Origin: Candidatus Saccharimonadota bacterium | GTDB lineage: Bacteria > Patescibacteriota > Saccharimonadia > Saccharimonadales > SLHW01 | Direction: 5' to 3' | Assembly: GCA_024635455.1 (NCBI GenBank) | Contig: JAGXIU010000002.1 | Coordinates: 300,309 to 364,308 of the forward strand | Length of the DNA stretch: 64,000 nt | Shown here: positions 49,263 through 58,114 of the stretch, in pieces | Position numbering within the stretch: the stretch's first letter is position 1 | Layout: every line of letters begins with the position of its first letter | Position numbers and translations under genes: made by a program | Notes under the pieces: model-generated | What the model saw: only the letters and a program-made list of their open reading frames with translations | Databases searched by the model: none | Told to the model about the DNA's origin: nothing

Positions 49263-50343
49263 ACAACCAACGTATTCGCTACGCAATAAACTACTTATTG
49301 TCGTAATATCGGTGTTTCTTATTGTTGGAATCGGCGGCTATTTTGGCTTCCGCCACATCTATACCGAGAACTTATTACCACCTGGCGGCTCAAGCAGCAG
49401 CCAGATTATTGAGATTCAGTCAGGTGCGACCACACAGCAGGTAGCAGCAATGCTTGAGGATGAGGGGCTCATTAAGGCATCGTGGGCATTTTCTTGGTAT
49501 ATGCGAACCGCTGGTTTGCGCAGTGAGCTGCAAGCAGGAACCTATGCGCTTAATCCAAGCCAGTCAGCTGAACAAATAGCCAGCGTTATTACGGACTCAT
49601 CACAAGAGGAATTGCGTGAAGTAACTATCTTGCCGGAAAAGCGCCTGGATGAGATTCGGGCTGACTTGATAAACGCAGGATTCTCGCCAGCGGATGTTGA
49701 TACTGCGCTCGATGCATCCCTTTACGTTGATCATCCAGCGCTTGCAGATAAGCCATCCGACGCAACCCTGGAGGGATATCTATATCCAGAGACTTTTCAA
49801 ATAAATCACGCAACTAAGGTTGCAGATGTTGTCGAAGCTTCACTCAATGAAATGGCTACGCGCTTGTCACCACAGGTTCGTCAAGCCATACGAGATAAAG
49901 GTTTAACGGTACACGAGGGAATTATACTAGCCTCAATAGTTGAGCGAGAAGTCGGTGATGCAAATCCAGAAGATAGACCACGTGTCGCGCAGGTATTTTT
50001 ATCTCGTCTTGAGCTCGGTATGAAACTAGAATCGAACGCCACAACCTTTTATGGAGCGGTTGTTCGTGGTGATGAGTCTCGCTACAAAGAACAGAACGCT
50101 GTCACCTATCAAACTCCTTATAACACCTATGAGAATGAGGGTTTGACTCCGTCACCAATAAGTAATGTACTGCAATCAAGTATCGAAGCGGTAGCCAATC
50201 CTGCAGATACTGATTATCTCTATTTTGTATCTGGGGATGGTTGTGTCCCAGAGGTGGATGAGCCATGCGTAAATTATTTCTCTTCTACGTTGCAAGAGCA
50301 CGAACAATTCATTCAGCAACATTGTACGATTCAGTGTCGCTAA
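49246..50343 (+). CDS. mltG: Endolytic murein transglycosylase MltG (YceG-like)
   Basis: Start set at ATG 49246 (MNYSIKQP..., AAGGAAA upstream). N-terminal TM, LEGYLYPETF and ILASIVEREV. The ORF-track start at 48994 overlaps ruvX out of frame. Confidence 0.88.
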   Translation: MNYSIKQPTYSLRNKLLIVVISVFLIVGIGGYFGFRHIYTENLLPPGGSSSSQIIEIQSGATTQQVAAMLEDEGLIKASWAFSWYMRTAGLRSELQAGTYALNPSQSAEQIASVITDSSQEELREVTILPEKRLDEIRADLINAGFSPADVDTALDASLYVDHPALADKPSDATLEGYLYPETFQINHATKVADVVEASLNEMATRLSPQVRQAIRDKGLTVHEGIILASIVEREVGDANPEDRPRVAQVFLSRLELGMKLESNATTFYGAVVRGDESRYKEQNAVTYQTPYNTYENEGLTPSPISNVLQSSIEAVANPADTDYLYFVSGDGCVPEVDEPCVNYFSSTLQEHEQFIQQHCTIQCR

Positions 50344-50709
50344 ATTAGCTAAATCAGCTTGACCTAACAGATAGTAGAAAACCATGAGTGGGATTGCGTC
50401 AAATCATTTTTTATGCTACTATTTCTCCCGTTACGCAAGAAGCGAATCTGCACAATTGTGTCTCTCGTAACCTTGCTAACCAAATAAGACATTGAACGAT
50501 TATTCTATCTATCTATTTCTATAAGCTATAATTTGTATTCGTGCGCATTAGCCTGAATATCAGGCAGGAGAATCACTATTCGTACCCTCACGCAAACGTT
50601 AAAACAGCATCGTGACAGCACCGCCAAGCGGCTGAAGCGATCGTTTCGTAAGCATGCCCGTCGCAACAGGCGAAAGCTTGTTCGTGTATCTCTATTTACT
50701 GTTAACTTT

Positions 50710-51714
50710 ATGCTTCTAGCTGGTGCCATATATTTTGTAACTGGTGCCAGTTCATCAAGTGAGGTTATTACCCCTCAAGTCGCTTTAGTCGCTGATGAAC
50801 AAGCAGCCGATAGCAATGAGCGAATATCAAGTCCGCTTGATCAACTATCATCTACCGAGATTGCCGTTCATGTGTCTCGCATGACACAGCTTGAGTCAGC
50901 TATCGCAGTTACTAATCAGGCTGACAGCGTATCGTCTCGTTCATCAGTAATGTCACACGACGACACTGTGGTGAGTAAGCCACAGATTGTATATACCGAC
51001 ACTGCAACAAAGCACGATATTATTACCTACAACGTAGTCGATGGTGATAGCGTCTCTTCACTTGCTAACAAATTTGGCGTGAGTTCAGATACTATTCGCT
51101 GGTCAAATGACTTGAGCGCGTGGTCAGTATTAAGCACGGGTGACAAGCTAGTTATTCCGCCAATTGACGGTATTGTCTACACCGTAGAAACGGGTGATAC
51201 ACCAGAAGACTTAGCTGATACGTACAGTTCAAGTACGCAAAAGATTACTGCATTTAATGACGCAGAGATAGAAGGTTTGATTCCTGGGGAGCAAATTGTC
51301 ATACCAGGTGGTGAGCAGCCAGTCACAACGCGCCGATCAGCCAGCATCCCTTACTACGGTTTTTCATTCGGCAGTAGCGCGATATATGGTTATAACGGAT
51401 ATGTTCCTGGCTACTGTACGTATTACGTCGCTTCAAAGGTATCTATTCCAACAAATTGGGGGGATGCTCGTAATTGGGCAGCTGGCGCACGTGCAACACC
51501 TGGTTGGTCTGTGGATACTACTCCTCGCCCAGGCTCGATTGCACAAACGACTGCTATGAGCTGGCTTGGCCATGTCGCTTACGTTGAGGACGTTTCTGAG
51601 GACGGCTCACAAATTCGGTACACTGACATGAATGGTTTAGCTGGATACGGTCGGGTTGGAGCGAGTGATTGGGTGTCAGCCAGTACGTTCCAATACTATA
51701 TTAACCGGCAATAG
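50710..51714 (+). CDS. LysM x2 + CHAP-domain peptidoglycan hydrolase (N-terminus probably longer)
   Basis: LysM repeats YNVVDGDSVSSLANKFGVS and YTVETGDTPEDLADTY. CHAP Cys context GYCTYYVASK and His context LGHVAYVEDV. The frame is open upstream to 50557 and encodes a basic region that runs into the TM. Confidence 0.82.
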   Translation: MLLAGAIYFVTGASSSSEVITPQVALVADEQAADSNERISSPLDQLSSTEIAVHVSRMTQLESAIAVTNQADSVSSRSSVMSHDDTVVSKPQIVYTDTATKHDIITYNVVDGDSVSSLANKFGVSSDTIRWSNDLSAWSVLSTGDKLVIPPIDGIVYTVETGDTPEDLADTYSSSTQKITAFNDAEIEGLIPGEQIVIPGGEQPVTTRRSASIPYYGFSFGSSAIYGYNGYVPGYCTYYVASKVSIPTNWGDARNWAAGARATPGWSVDTTPRPGSIAQTTAMSWLGHVAYVEDVSEDGSQIRYTDMNGLAGYGRVGASDWVSASTFQYYINRQ

Positions 51715-51727
51715 TCGCTCACACCTG

Positions 51728-51733
51728 TATAAT
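51728..51733 (+). promoter_or_regulatory. -10 box TATAAT 9 nt upstream of obg ATG
   Basis: TG-TATAAT at 51726-51733 with the ATG at 51743 and no Shine-Dalgarno sequence. Confidence 0.35.
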
Positions 51734-51742
51734 GGTACTCAC

Positions 51743-53029
51743 ATGTTTATAGATAGTGCACAGGTGACAGTTAAAGCTGGCGACGGCGGACCGGGCGTGG
51801 TTAGTTTTCGACATGAAAAATATGTTGATAGAGGTGGTCCAGATGGCGGTGATGGCGGTGACGGCGGTGACGTCTTGTTTCAAGCGACAAATAATCAGCA
51901 TACACTGGCACAATTCCGATTTCAAAAACTACTCAAAGCCAAAGACGGCAGCAGTGGTGGTAAGCGTAAAAAACGCGGCAAAGGTGGAGAAGATTTGATT
52001 GTACCAGTGCCGGTCGGCACAAGTATTATTGCTCAAGCTGATCAGTCGTTGATAGCTGACATGACAGAAGACGGCCAAAAGGTGATTATTGCCCAGGGCG
52101 GCAAGGGTGGCTTTGGTAATGCACACTTTACAACCTCAACTCGACAAGCTCCACGAATTGCAGAAAAAGGCGAGCCTGGTGATGAAGTTACCGCCACACT
52201 CGAATTGAAGATGATAGCTGACGTCGGCCTGATAGGTCTACCAAATGCTGGTAAATCCACTTTGCTTGCCACAATCAGCAACGCCAAACCAGAAGTCGCT
52301 GATTACCCTTTTACAACCATTCAACCGTATCTTGGTGTAGTCGACGTAGCTGGTTCGAGTAGCTTACTGTTTGCGGATATCCCTGGCTTAATTGCAGGTG
52401 CCAGCGAAGGGAAAGGGCTCGGTGATGACTTTTTGCGCCACGTAGAGCGCACTTCGGTATTACTTCACCTCATAGATGCTTATCAGGATGATGTGACAAC
52501 GGCATATCAGACGATAGTGCAGGAGCTTCGCTCATATCGTGTAGACCTTACTCAAAAACCACAAGTTGTCGCACTTACTAAAGTAGAAAACCTCGATGAT
52601 GATATGCTCGACGACACCATCAAACAACTAAAAAAAGTCGCCGGCAAAGGCGTAGATATATACGCGATTTCTGCTCACAGTAAACAGGGTGTACCCAAGC
52701 TCCTCCACGACATTAGTCAGCGTGTCCAGCAGCACAAAGCAAAAGATGCCGAGGAGGCATCAGAGAGTATTGATGAAGCTAAGCCGATTATCACACTTCC
52801 AGTTGAGGACAGTGATTGGCATATCGAGAAATCTGATAAGGCGTATATCGTGCACGGTAAGAAGCTGGTGCGGTTTGCGCATCGTACTGACTTTGAGAGT
52901 GACCAGGCCGTTGCTCGCTTTCGAGATATATTACGAAAAAATGGCGTCATGCATGAACTCGTACGGCAAGGTATAGAACCTGGAGATATTATCAAGATTG
53001 CAGATACTGACTCTAAGTTAGAATACTAG
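51743..53029 (+). CDS. obg: GTPase Obg/CgtA
   Basis: Start at ATG 51743 (MFIDSAQVTVKAGDGGPGVVSFRHEKY). Gly-rich GGPDGGDGGDGGDV. G1 GLPNAGKST, G3 DIPGLI. Confidence 0.93.
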   Translation: MFIDSAQVTVKAGDGGPGVVSFRHEKYVDRGGPDGGDGGDGGDVLFQATNNQHTLAQFRFQKLLKAKDGSSGGKRKKRGKGGEDLIVPVPVGTSIIAQADQSLIADMTEDGQKVIIAQGGKGGFGNAHFTTSTRQAPRIAEKGEPGDEVTATLELKMIADVGLIGLPNAGKSTLLATISNAKPEVADYPFTTIQPYLGVVDVAGSSSLLFADIPGLIAGASEGKGLGDDFLRHVERTSVLLHLIDAYQDDVTTAYQTIVQELRSYRVDLTQKPQVVALTKVENLDDDMLDDTIKQLKKVAGKGVDIYAISAHSKQGVPKLLHDISQRVQQHKAKDAEEASESIDEAKPIITLPVEDSDWHIEKSDKAYIVHGKKLVRFAHRTDFESDQAVARFRDILRKNGVMHELVRQGIEPGDIIKIADTDSKLEY

Positions 53030-53031
53030 AT

Positions 53032-53607
53032 ATGCACGCCCACGACCGCCTTTATCTTCAATATCGACCTGATAAATCAGCGCTCGAGCAACTGCTTGAC
53101 TGGCAATCGAGCGCTATCGAGGTAAACCCGCAGGGCCGCCCTGTTCAACCTGATCGTATTCACCTAACTGTGCTTCACTTCGGAATCTTAGCCGATGTCT
53201 TCCGTGAACTTAAAGAGCAGAACGATAATCTAACAAAAGATATGTTCATGACAGCAGTCGAGAAGTTTGCTCGCAATACACAAGATGTATTGCCGTCCGT
53301 TACAGCAGTGCAACCGGAGAGATTCGAGTTATTTGGTAGTGGTTCATCAGTGTTAGCTTTACGCGTTCGTACATCGCCTGAGCTCGAGCAGGCGCACAAG
53401 CGTGCACTCGACATGTTAGTAGCGTGTATTGCCTCGTGCGGGATTTCTTACCCAGAAATGTTTATACCCGGAAGCCGCAACTTTCGCTTTGCTCGTCAGC
53501 TACAGCCACACATATCTCTTATGAAAACTGCTCGAAACAAGCCCACGGTAGACGTATCTGATGCACCACCGCTAAATCTTGAAGTTATGCAAATCCACTA
53601 CCAGTAG
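53032..53607 (+). CDS. 2H phosphoesterase superfamily protein (LigT-like)
   Basis: Two HxT/S motifs at the expected spacing: RIHLTVLHFG and QPHISLMK. Confidence 0.65.
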   Translation: MHAHDRLYLQYRPDKSALEQLLDWQSSAIEVNPQGRPVQPDRIHLTVLHFGILADVFRELKEQNDNLTKDMFMTAVEKFARNTQDVLPSVTAVQPERFELFGSGSSVLALRVRTSPELEQAHKRALDMLVACIASCGISYPEMFIPGSRNFRFARQLQPHISLMKTARNKPTVDVSDAPPLNLEVMQIHYQ

Positions 53608-53613
53608 TGAAAT

Positions 53614-54990
53614 ATGTCACAGCTAAACACCACCATCCAATCAAGAATCATACAGCTATCGAATAACGCTACTGAGGGGAGTGGTAATTGCGTACTGTAC
53701 GTAATGAGTCGTGATCAGCGAGTAAATGATAACGATGCACTCCGCGCAGCTCAGCTACATGCACAAAAAACATCTCTACCGTTGGTGGTAGGCTTTGTTC
53801 TTTTCCCTGGTTCGAGCACTCGCGCACGCGAGCACGTTGCATTTATGATGGCTGGCTTGTACGACGTTATAACGACTCTAGCATCCAAAAACATTCCACT
53901 CCTCTATAAGATAGCTGGCGCAACAAAGGGGGTTAAACAGCTAATAGCTGAGCTGGCTCCCGCCGCGGTATATTTTGACTTTAGTCCATTACGAGAGCCA
54001 CGGAACTGTCAGGAATCAGTGGCTAAATCAACAGGCTGTCCAGTCTATGTGGTTGACGCACACAACATCGTGCCAGTTTGGTGCGCCAGCAATAAGCAAG
54101 AATACGCCGCTCGCACTATTCGACCGAAGATACTCGATCAGCTTGATAAGTATATGAGCGAGACTGTAGAGGTAGCTTCTCAAGACGAGAGCTCAATAAG
54201 AGGTGTGACGGCAGATGATTTTATCGCTGAATTAGCGAAGCTTACCTACCGTAAAGCTGGCATTTCCCTGCAATTTTTAGCAGGAGAGTCAGCTGCACGC
54301 AACGTGCTCACAGATTTTATCGATCACCGCTTGAGTGGTTATGCAAAGCAACGCAATAACCCAAGTATTAACGGCTTAAGTAATCTCAGTCCATATCTTC
54401 ACTTCGGGCAACTTAGTAGCCGGAGTGCTGTTCATGCGGTACTGAACGCTGTAGCGGCTCGTCCTGACCTACAAAATGACGCCGATGCATTTATAGAAGA
54501 AGTGGTTGTCCGTAAAGAACTCTCAGATAATTATTGTTATTATAATTTGGCCTACGATTCACTATTGGGTGCACCGGCTTGGGCTAAAAAAACACTAGCA
54601 AAACATGCAAAAGACCCACGTGAGCATGTATATGCTCGGGACCAGTTCGAGCAAGCCCAAACTCACGATACAGCTTGGAACGCAGCACAAATTGAGCTGA
54701 CCACCACCGGTAAAATACATGGCTATATGCGCATGTATTGGGCGAAAAAAATATTAGAATGGTCAGGGTCACCAGATGATGCATTGCAGACACTAATTTT
54801 CCTAAATGACTTCTACTCACTGGATGGTGGAGACCCAAATGGGCATACGGGAATCATGTGGTCGGTTGCAGGAGTTCATGATAGACCATGGCAGGAGCGT
54901 CCAATCTATGGGACTATACGGAGCATGGTCTATAGTGGACTGAAGCGAAAGTTTAATCTGCAGCAGTATATTGACAAATATACAAAATAG
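53614..54990 (+). CDS. phr: Deoxyribodipyrimidine photolyase (class II-like)
   Basis: N-terminal alpha/beta domain (VLYVMSRDQRVNDNDAL). FAD-binding region LSPYLHFGQLS and HGYMRMYWAKKILEWS. Confidence 0.85.
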   Translation: MSQLNTTIQSRIIQLSNNATEGSGNCVLYVMSRDQRVNDNDALRAAQLHAQKTSLPLVVGFVLFPGSSTRAREHVAFMMAGLYDVITTLASKNIPLLYKIAGATKGVKQLIAELAPAAVYFDFSPLREPRNCQESVAKSTGCPVYVVDAHNIVPVWCASNKQEYAARTIRPKILDQLDKYMSETVEVASQDESSIRGVTADDFIAELAKLTYRKAGISLQFLAGESAARNVLTDFIDHRLSGYAKQRNNPSINGLSNLSPYLHFGQLSSRSAVHAVLNAVAARPDLQNDADAFIEEVVVRKELSDNYCYYNLAYDSLLGAPAWAKKTLAKHAKDPREHVYARDQFEQAQTHDTAWNAAQIELTTTGKIHGYMRMYWAKKILEWSGSPDDALQTLIFLNDFYSLDGGDPNGHTGIMWSVAGVHDRPWQERPIYGTIRSMVYSGLKRKFNLQQYIDKYTK

Positions 54991-55049
54991 TGCTAATATG
55001 TTATTATTGCCGCAGTAGGCATTTTTTATTGTAAAGAAGGAAAAAACAG

Positions 55050-55589
55050 GTGCCAGCAGAATTACCCCAAGAATTAGAAGCAGCTTTCATCATGGAAAGG
55101 CAGGCAAATAGTGCTAGTCCCACCTGGGAAGAGCGGTTACGCAGAGGCCACTCGCTTATGCCGGATTCAGATGCAGCCGAGGCTTTATATGGGCATCAGG
55201 ATATGCTTAAACTTGGAGATGCTGAAGTGTCGTTTTTGGTCCATCCACGTTTTATGCCTCGCCGACGAGAAGTCATCAAAGGTATAATCGAGGAGGAGAC
55301 AGACTTGGGATACGTTAATCCAGTCATTGCAAACATCACGATACACCGAAAGCCTTTTTTGTTACGTGCCGCTGAACGTGCACTGGGCGATACGCCAAAT
55401 GCGCAGTATCTAGTGACGCGTGAGAACCCTCAAGACGATCAACAAGTCATAGATATCGTAAACACATCTATTGATCAGGCTATAAAGAGGCTTCGTGATA
55501 TCCCACATGTTGGAGAGGCATTTACAGCAAGGCATCAAGCTATTCTCGGGCAGCGCGAGGAAGCTCTTGAGCGTTGGGATATAAGCTAA
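55050..55589 (+). CDS. Hypothetical protein
   Basis: 179-aa ORF with a GTG start and AAGGAAAAAA upstream. No motif recognised. Confidence 0.55.
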   Translation: MPAELPQELEAAFIMERQANSASPTWEERLRRGHSLMPDSDAAEALYGHQDMLKLGDAEVSFLVHPRFMPRRREVIKGIIEEETDLGYVNPVIANITIHRKPFLLRAAERALGDTPNAQYLVTRENPQDDQQVIDIVNTSIDQAIKRLRDIPHVGEAFTARHQAILGQREEALERWDIS

Positions 55590-55633
55590 AATAGACTGCG
55601 CGCAGATGGTACAGATGGTACACTGACTGTTAT

Positions 55634-57070
55634 ATGGCAGTCAGTTTTTTATTTTATGATCTTGAAACATCCGGCGTAAACCCGAGAGAAGACCGTGTCA
55701 TGCAGTTTGCTGCTCAGCGAACAGACGATCAGCTGAAGCCGATTGGTGAACCGTATAATTACTACATTAAGCTAACACCAGATATTTTACCTGATCCACA
55801 AGCTATTTTAATAACAGGTATTACTCCTCAGAAAACTCGGTCTGAGGGCTACACAGAGGCAGAGTTTCTCGACTTGTTTCATAAAGAGATAGCAACACCC
55901 GGCACAATATTTACTGGTTTTAATTCAGTACGTTTTGATGATGAGTTTATGCGCTATATGCAATATCGTAATTTCCGCGACCCATATGAATGGTCCTGGA
56001 AGGACAACCGCTCACGCTGGGACTTGCTTGATGTCGTGCGTATGACGCGAGCCCTGCGGCCTGATGGTATACAGTGGCCGTTTGCAAGCGATGGCGCACC
56101 AACCAACCGATTGGAGTTATTAAGTGAGTTAAATCAGCTTGAGCACCTTAATGCGCATGATGCATTGAGTGACGTACAGGCAACTATTGCTCTCGCTCAA
56201 CTCATAAGAGAGAAACAGCCCAAATTATTCGACTTTTTGCTTGATATGCGTAACAAACGGGCGGTAGCTGAGTTGGTAGAATCTGGCTCACCATTTCTGT
56301 ATTCATCTGGCCGATATGCTAATGAGTATCAGAAAACAGCAGTCGCATTTTATTTAGGTAAAACTGATCAAGCCCAAGCTGCATTGGTGTATGATTTACG
56401 ATATGACCCCGAAGCGTACCAGGATATAACGCTCGATCAACTGGTTGAGGCTATGCAGATGCCAATGGATGAGCGGCCATTTCCAATACCAATTAAGCAA
56501 CTCAAATATAACAGGTGTCCTGCCGTTGCACCTCTAGGTGTATTAGACAAGGCAAGCCAAGAGCGCCTTGATATTGACCTCGATACGATCAAGAAGCACA
56601 CAGCCAAACTTAAGAAGATCAAGCCTCAACTTGCTGACACATTCCGTCAAGCGCTGGCTCGCTTAACGGAGGCACGTCAACAAACATTGGTTCAAGACGA
56701 TGTCGAGGTAGACTCACAATTGTACGAGGGCTTTATTCCTGATGCAGATAAGCCAATTATGCACAAGGTAACTAAGGCGCAGCCAGCCGATATATCGCCA
56801 GCCAATTTTGCATTTACTGACGAGCGCTTACAGCAACTATTACCGCTATATAAGGCCCGGAATTACCCGGAAGCCTTGTCGGTTGAAGAGCATGCCGACT
56901 GGGAGGCTTTCCGCTATCGTCGTATTGTTGACGGCGCTGAGCAGAGTCGATTGCACGTTTTTGCCCGAAAACTCCAGGAGTATGCGGCAGACTCGAAGCT
57001 CTCTGATGAAAAACGCTTTCTGCTAGAAGAGCTACAACTCTATGCCGAGAGTATTGCCCCGATCGAGTAG
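55634..57070 (+). CDS. sbcB: Exodeoxyribonuclease I
   Basis: DEDDh exonuclease motifs FLFYDLETSG, FNSVRFDDEF and HDALSDV. The length (478 aa) and C-terminal domains are typical of SbcB. Confidence 0.9.
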   Translation: MAVSFLFYDLETSGVNPREDRVMQFAAQRTDDQLKPIGEPYNYYIKLTPDILPDPQAILITGITPQKTRSEGYTEAEFLDLFHKEIATPGTIFTGFNSVRFDDEFMRYMQYRNFRDPYEWSWKDNRSRWDLLDVVRMTRALRPDGIQWPFASDGAPTNRLELLSELNQLEHLNAHDALSDVQATIALAQLIREKQPKLFDFLLDMRNKRAVAELVESGSPFLYSSGRYANEYQKTAVAFYLGKTDQAQAALVYDLRYDPEAYQDITLDQLVEAMQMPMDERPFPIPIKQLKYNRCPAVAPLGVLDKASQERLDIDLDTIKKHTAKLKKIKPQLADTFRQALARLTEARQQTLVQDDVEVDSQLYEGFIPDADKPIMHKVTKAQPADISPANFAFTDERLQQLLPLYKARNYPEALSVEEHADWEAFRYRRIVDGAEQSRLHVFARKLQEYAADSKLSDEKRFLLEELQLYAESIAPIE

Positions 57071-57074
57071 AGGC

Positions 57075-57221
57075 TTAGTCCTGTTCGTTGTGCGACGTAC
57101 TTTTGATGCTGTAGCGGATAAGATATAACACAAACACAATCCATGCCAACGTAGTGACGTGAGCTAATGTAATTTGAACTGATGTACCCGGCACGATGCC
57201 AAGGACTATAAACTCCACCAT
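57075..57221 (-). CDS. Unlisted 48-aa hydrophobic micro-protein
   Basis: Translated by hand: MVEFIVLGIVPGTSVQITLAHVTTLAWIVFVLYLIRYSIKSTSHNEQD*. GAGGAG sits about 8 nt upstream of the ATG. Below the 60-aa cutoff of the ORF track. Confidence 0.5.
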   Translation of the reverse strand: MVEFIVLGIVPGTSVQITLAHVTTLAWIVFVLYLIRYSIKSTSHNEQD

Positions 57222-57410
57222 ATATGCTCTCCTCAAAAACTTATAACTCTTTGATAGTATAATAATACATAATTAAAAAATAGTCAAACATGTGGCTTAA
57301 TAAATGAAGGCAGAGTAGAAGTTGCTGTAAGTTTTAAGTAGTGATATGGTTTAAGTAAGCTTGAGAGGGCGAAACAAAGATTACGGTGGGTTGAAAGTAT
57401 AGAGGAGGCT

Positions 57411-58025
57411 ATGAGTAGTCCAGGACATAATCCAGGCTTGCCGCGTTCGCAAGTCCAGAAGAGAAAAACGGCTGTTGGTGAGTCCTTTACCATGTATCGT
57501 CCGTTGGAACTAGAATCAGCACAGAAACTACACGATGATCTGAGCGAGGTACAACGTGAAGGACTTCTTCCTGATCATGCTGAGATTCGACCTCCAGGAG
57601 ATATGCGAGTTACCTACGTTGAACGTAGTAAGCTGACAAAGAACCTCAAAGGATTCACTGCAGGCTTTAGCGCCGCGGAGGCAATCAGTCGAATAAACAA
57701 TGAGTGTGATAGCTGGGACAATAGACTTATCGTGTCCTTAGGCCGAGTTACTATGATGGACCAACGAGATGAGTCGGCCGTTGCCCGACTTGATCATAGT
57801 CAGATTATTGCCGAAGAATTCAAACTAATTGCCAATATTTTAACCATGCTGAATGTAAAGGGTATGCATCGCCACCCGTTCCGTCCACACGTAAGCCTCG
57901 TAAAGGTTGCCGCAGCCACAGTGGACGAGAAAAAGTTTTTGTCTCGTGAGCTGCCGTACGTTATTCCGGAAGAAGTGTCTCTTCAGCCACTTACAACGTG
58001 GCCAAAGAAGCCAACCCGTAGATAA
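57411..58025 (+). CDS. 2H-phosphoesterase-like paralogue with degenerate first motif
   Basis: Aligns with the 53032 protein (YRP..., then MRVTYV in place of IHLTVL, then RPHVSLVK versus QPHISLMK). The start is uncertain: ATG 57411, or ATG 57492 giving MYRPLE. Confidence 0.6.
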   Translation: MSSPGHNPGLPRSQVQKRKTAVGESFTMYRPLELESAQKLHDDLSEVQREGLLPDHAEIRPPGDMRVTYVERSKLTKNLKGFTAGFSAAEAISRINNECDSWDNRLIVSLGRVTMMDQRDESAVARLDHSQIIAEEFKLIANILTMLNVKGMHRHPFRPHVSLVKVAAATVDEKKFLSRELPYVIPEEVSLQPLTTWPKKPTRR

Positions 58026-58114
58026 GGTAACTGTACAGGTAGCCACTGGTATAAGTCGCATTTTTCCGCTATAATAAATCGACTTGGATTAAATTTGGCA
58101 GGTGTTTTTTTAGT

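Noticed and set aside
55603-55620. 9-bp tandem duplication cagatggta x2 upstream of sbcB as a regulatory repeat
   Set aside because: It is only two short copies. It may simply create the TGGTACACT -10-like element, and there is too little evidence for a binding site.
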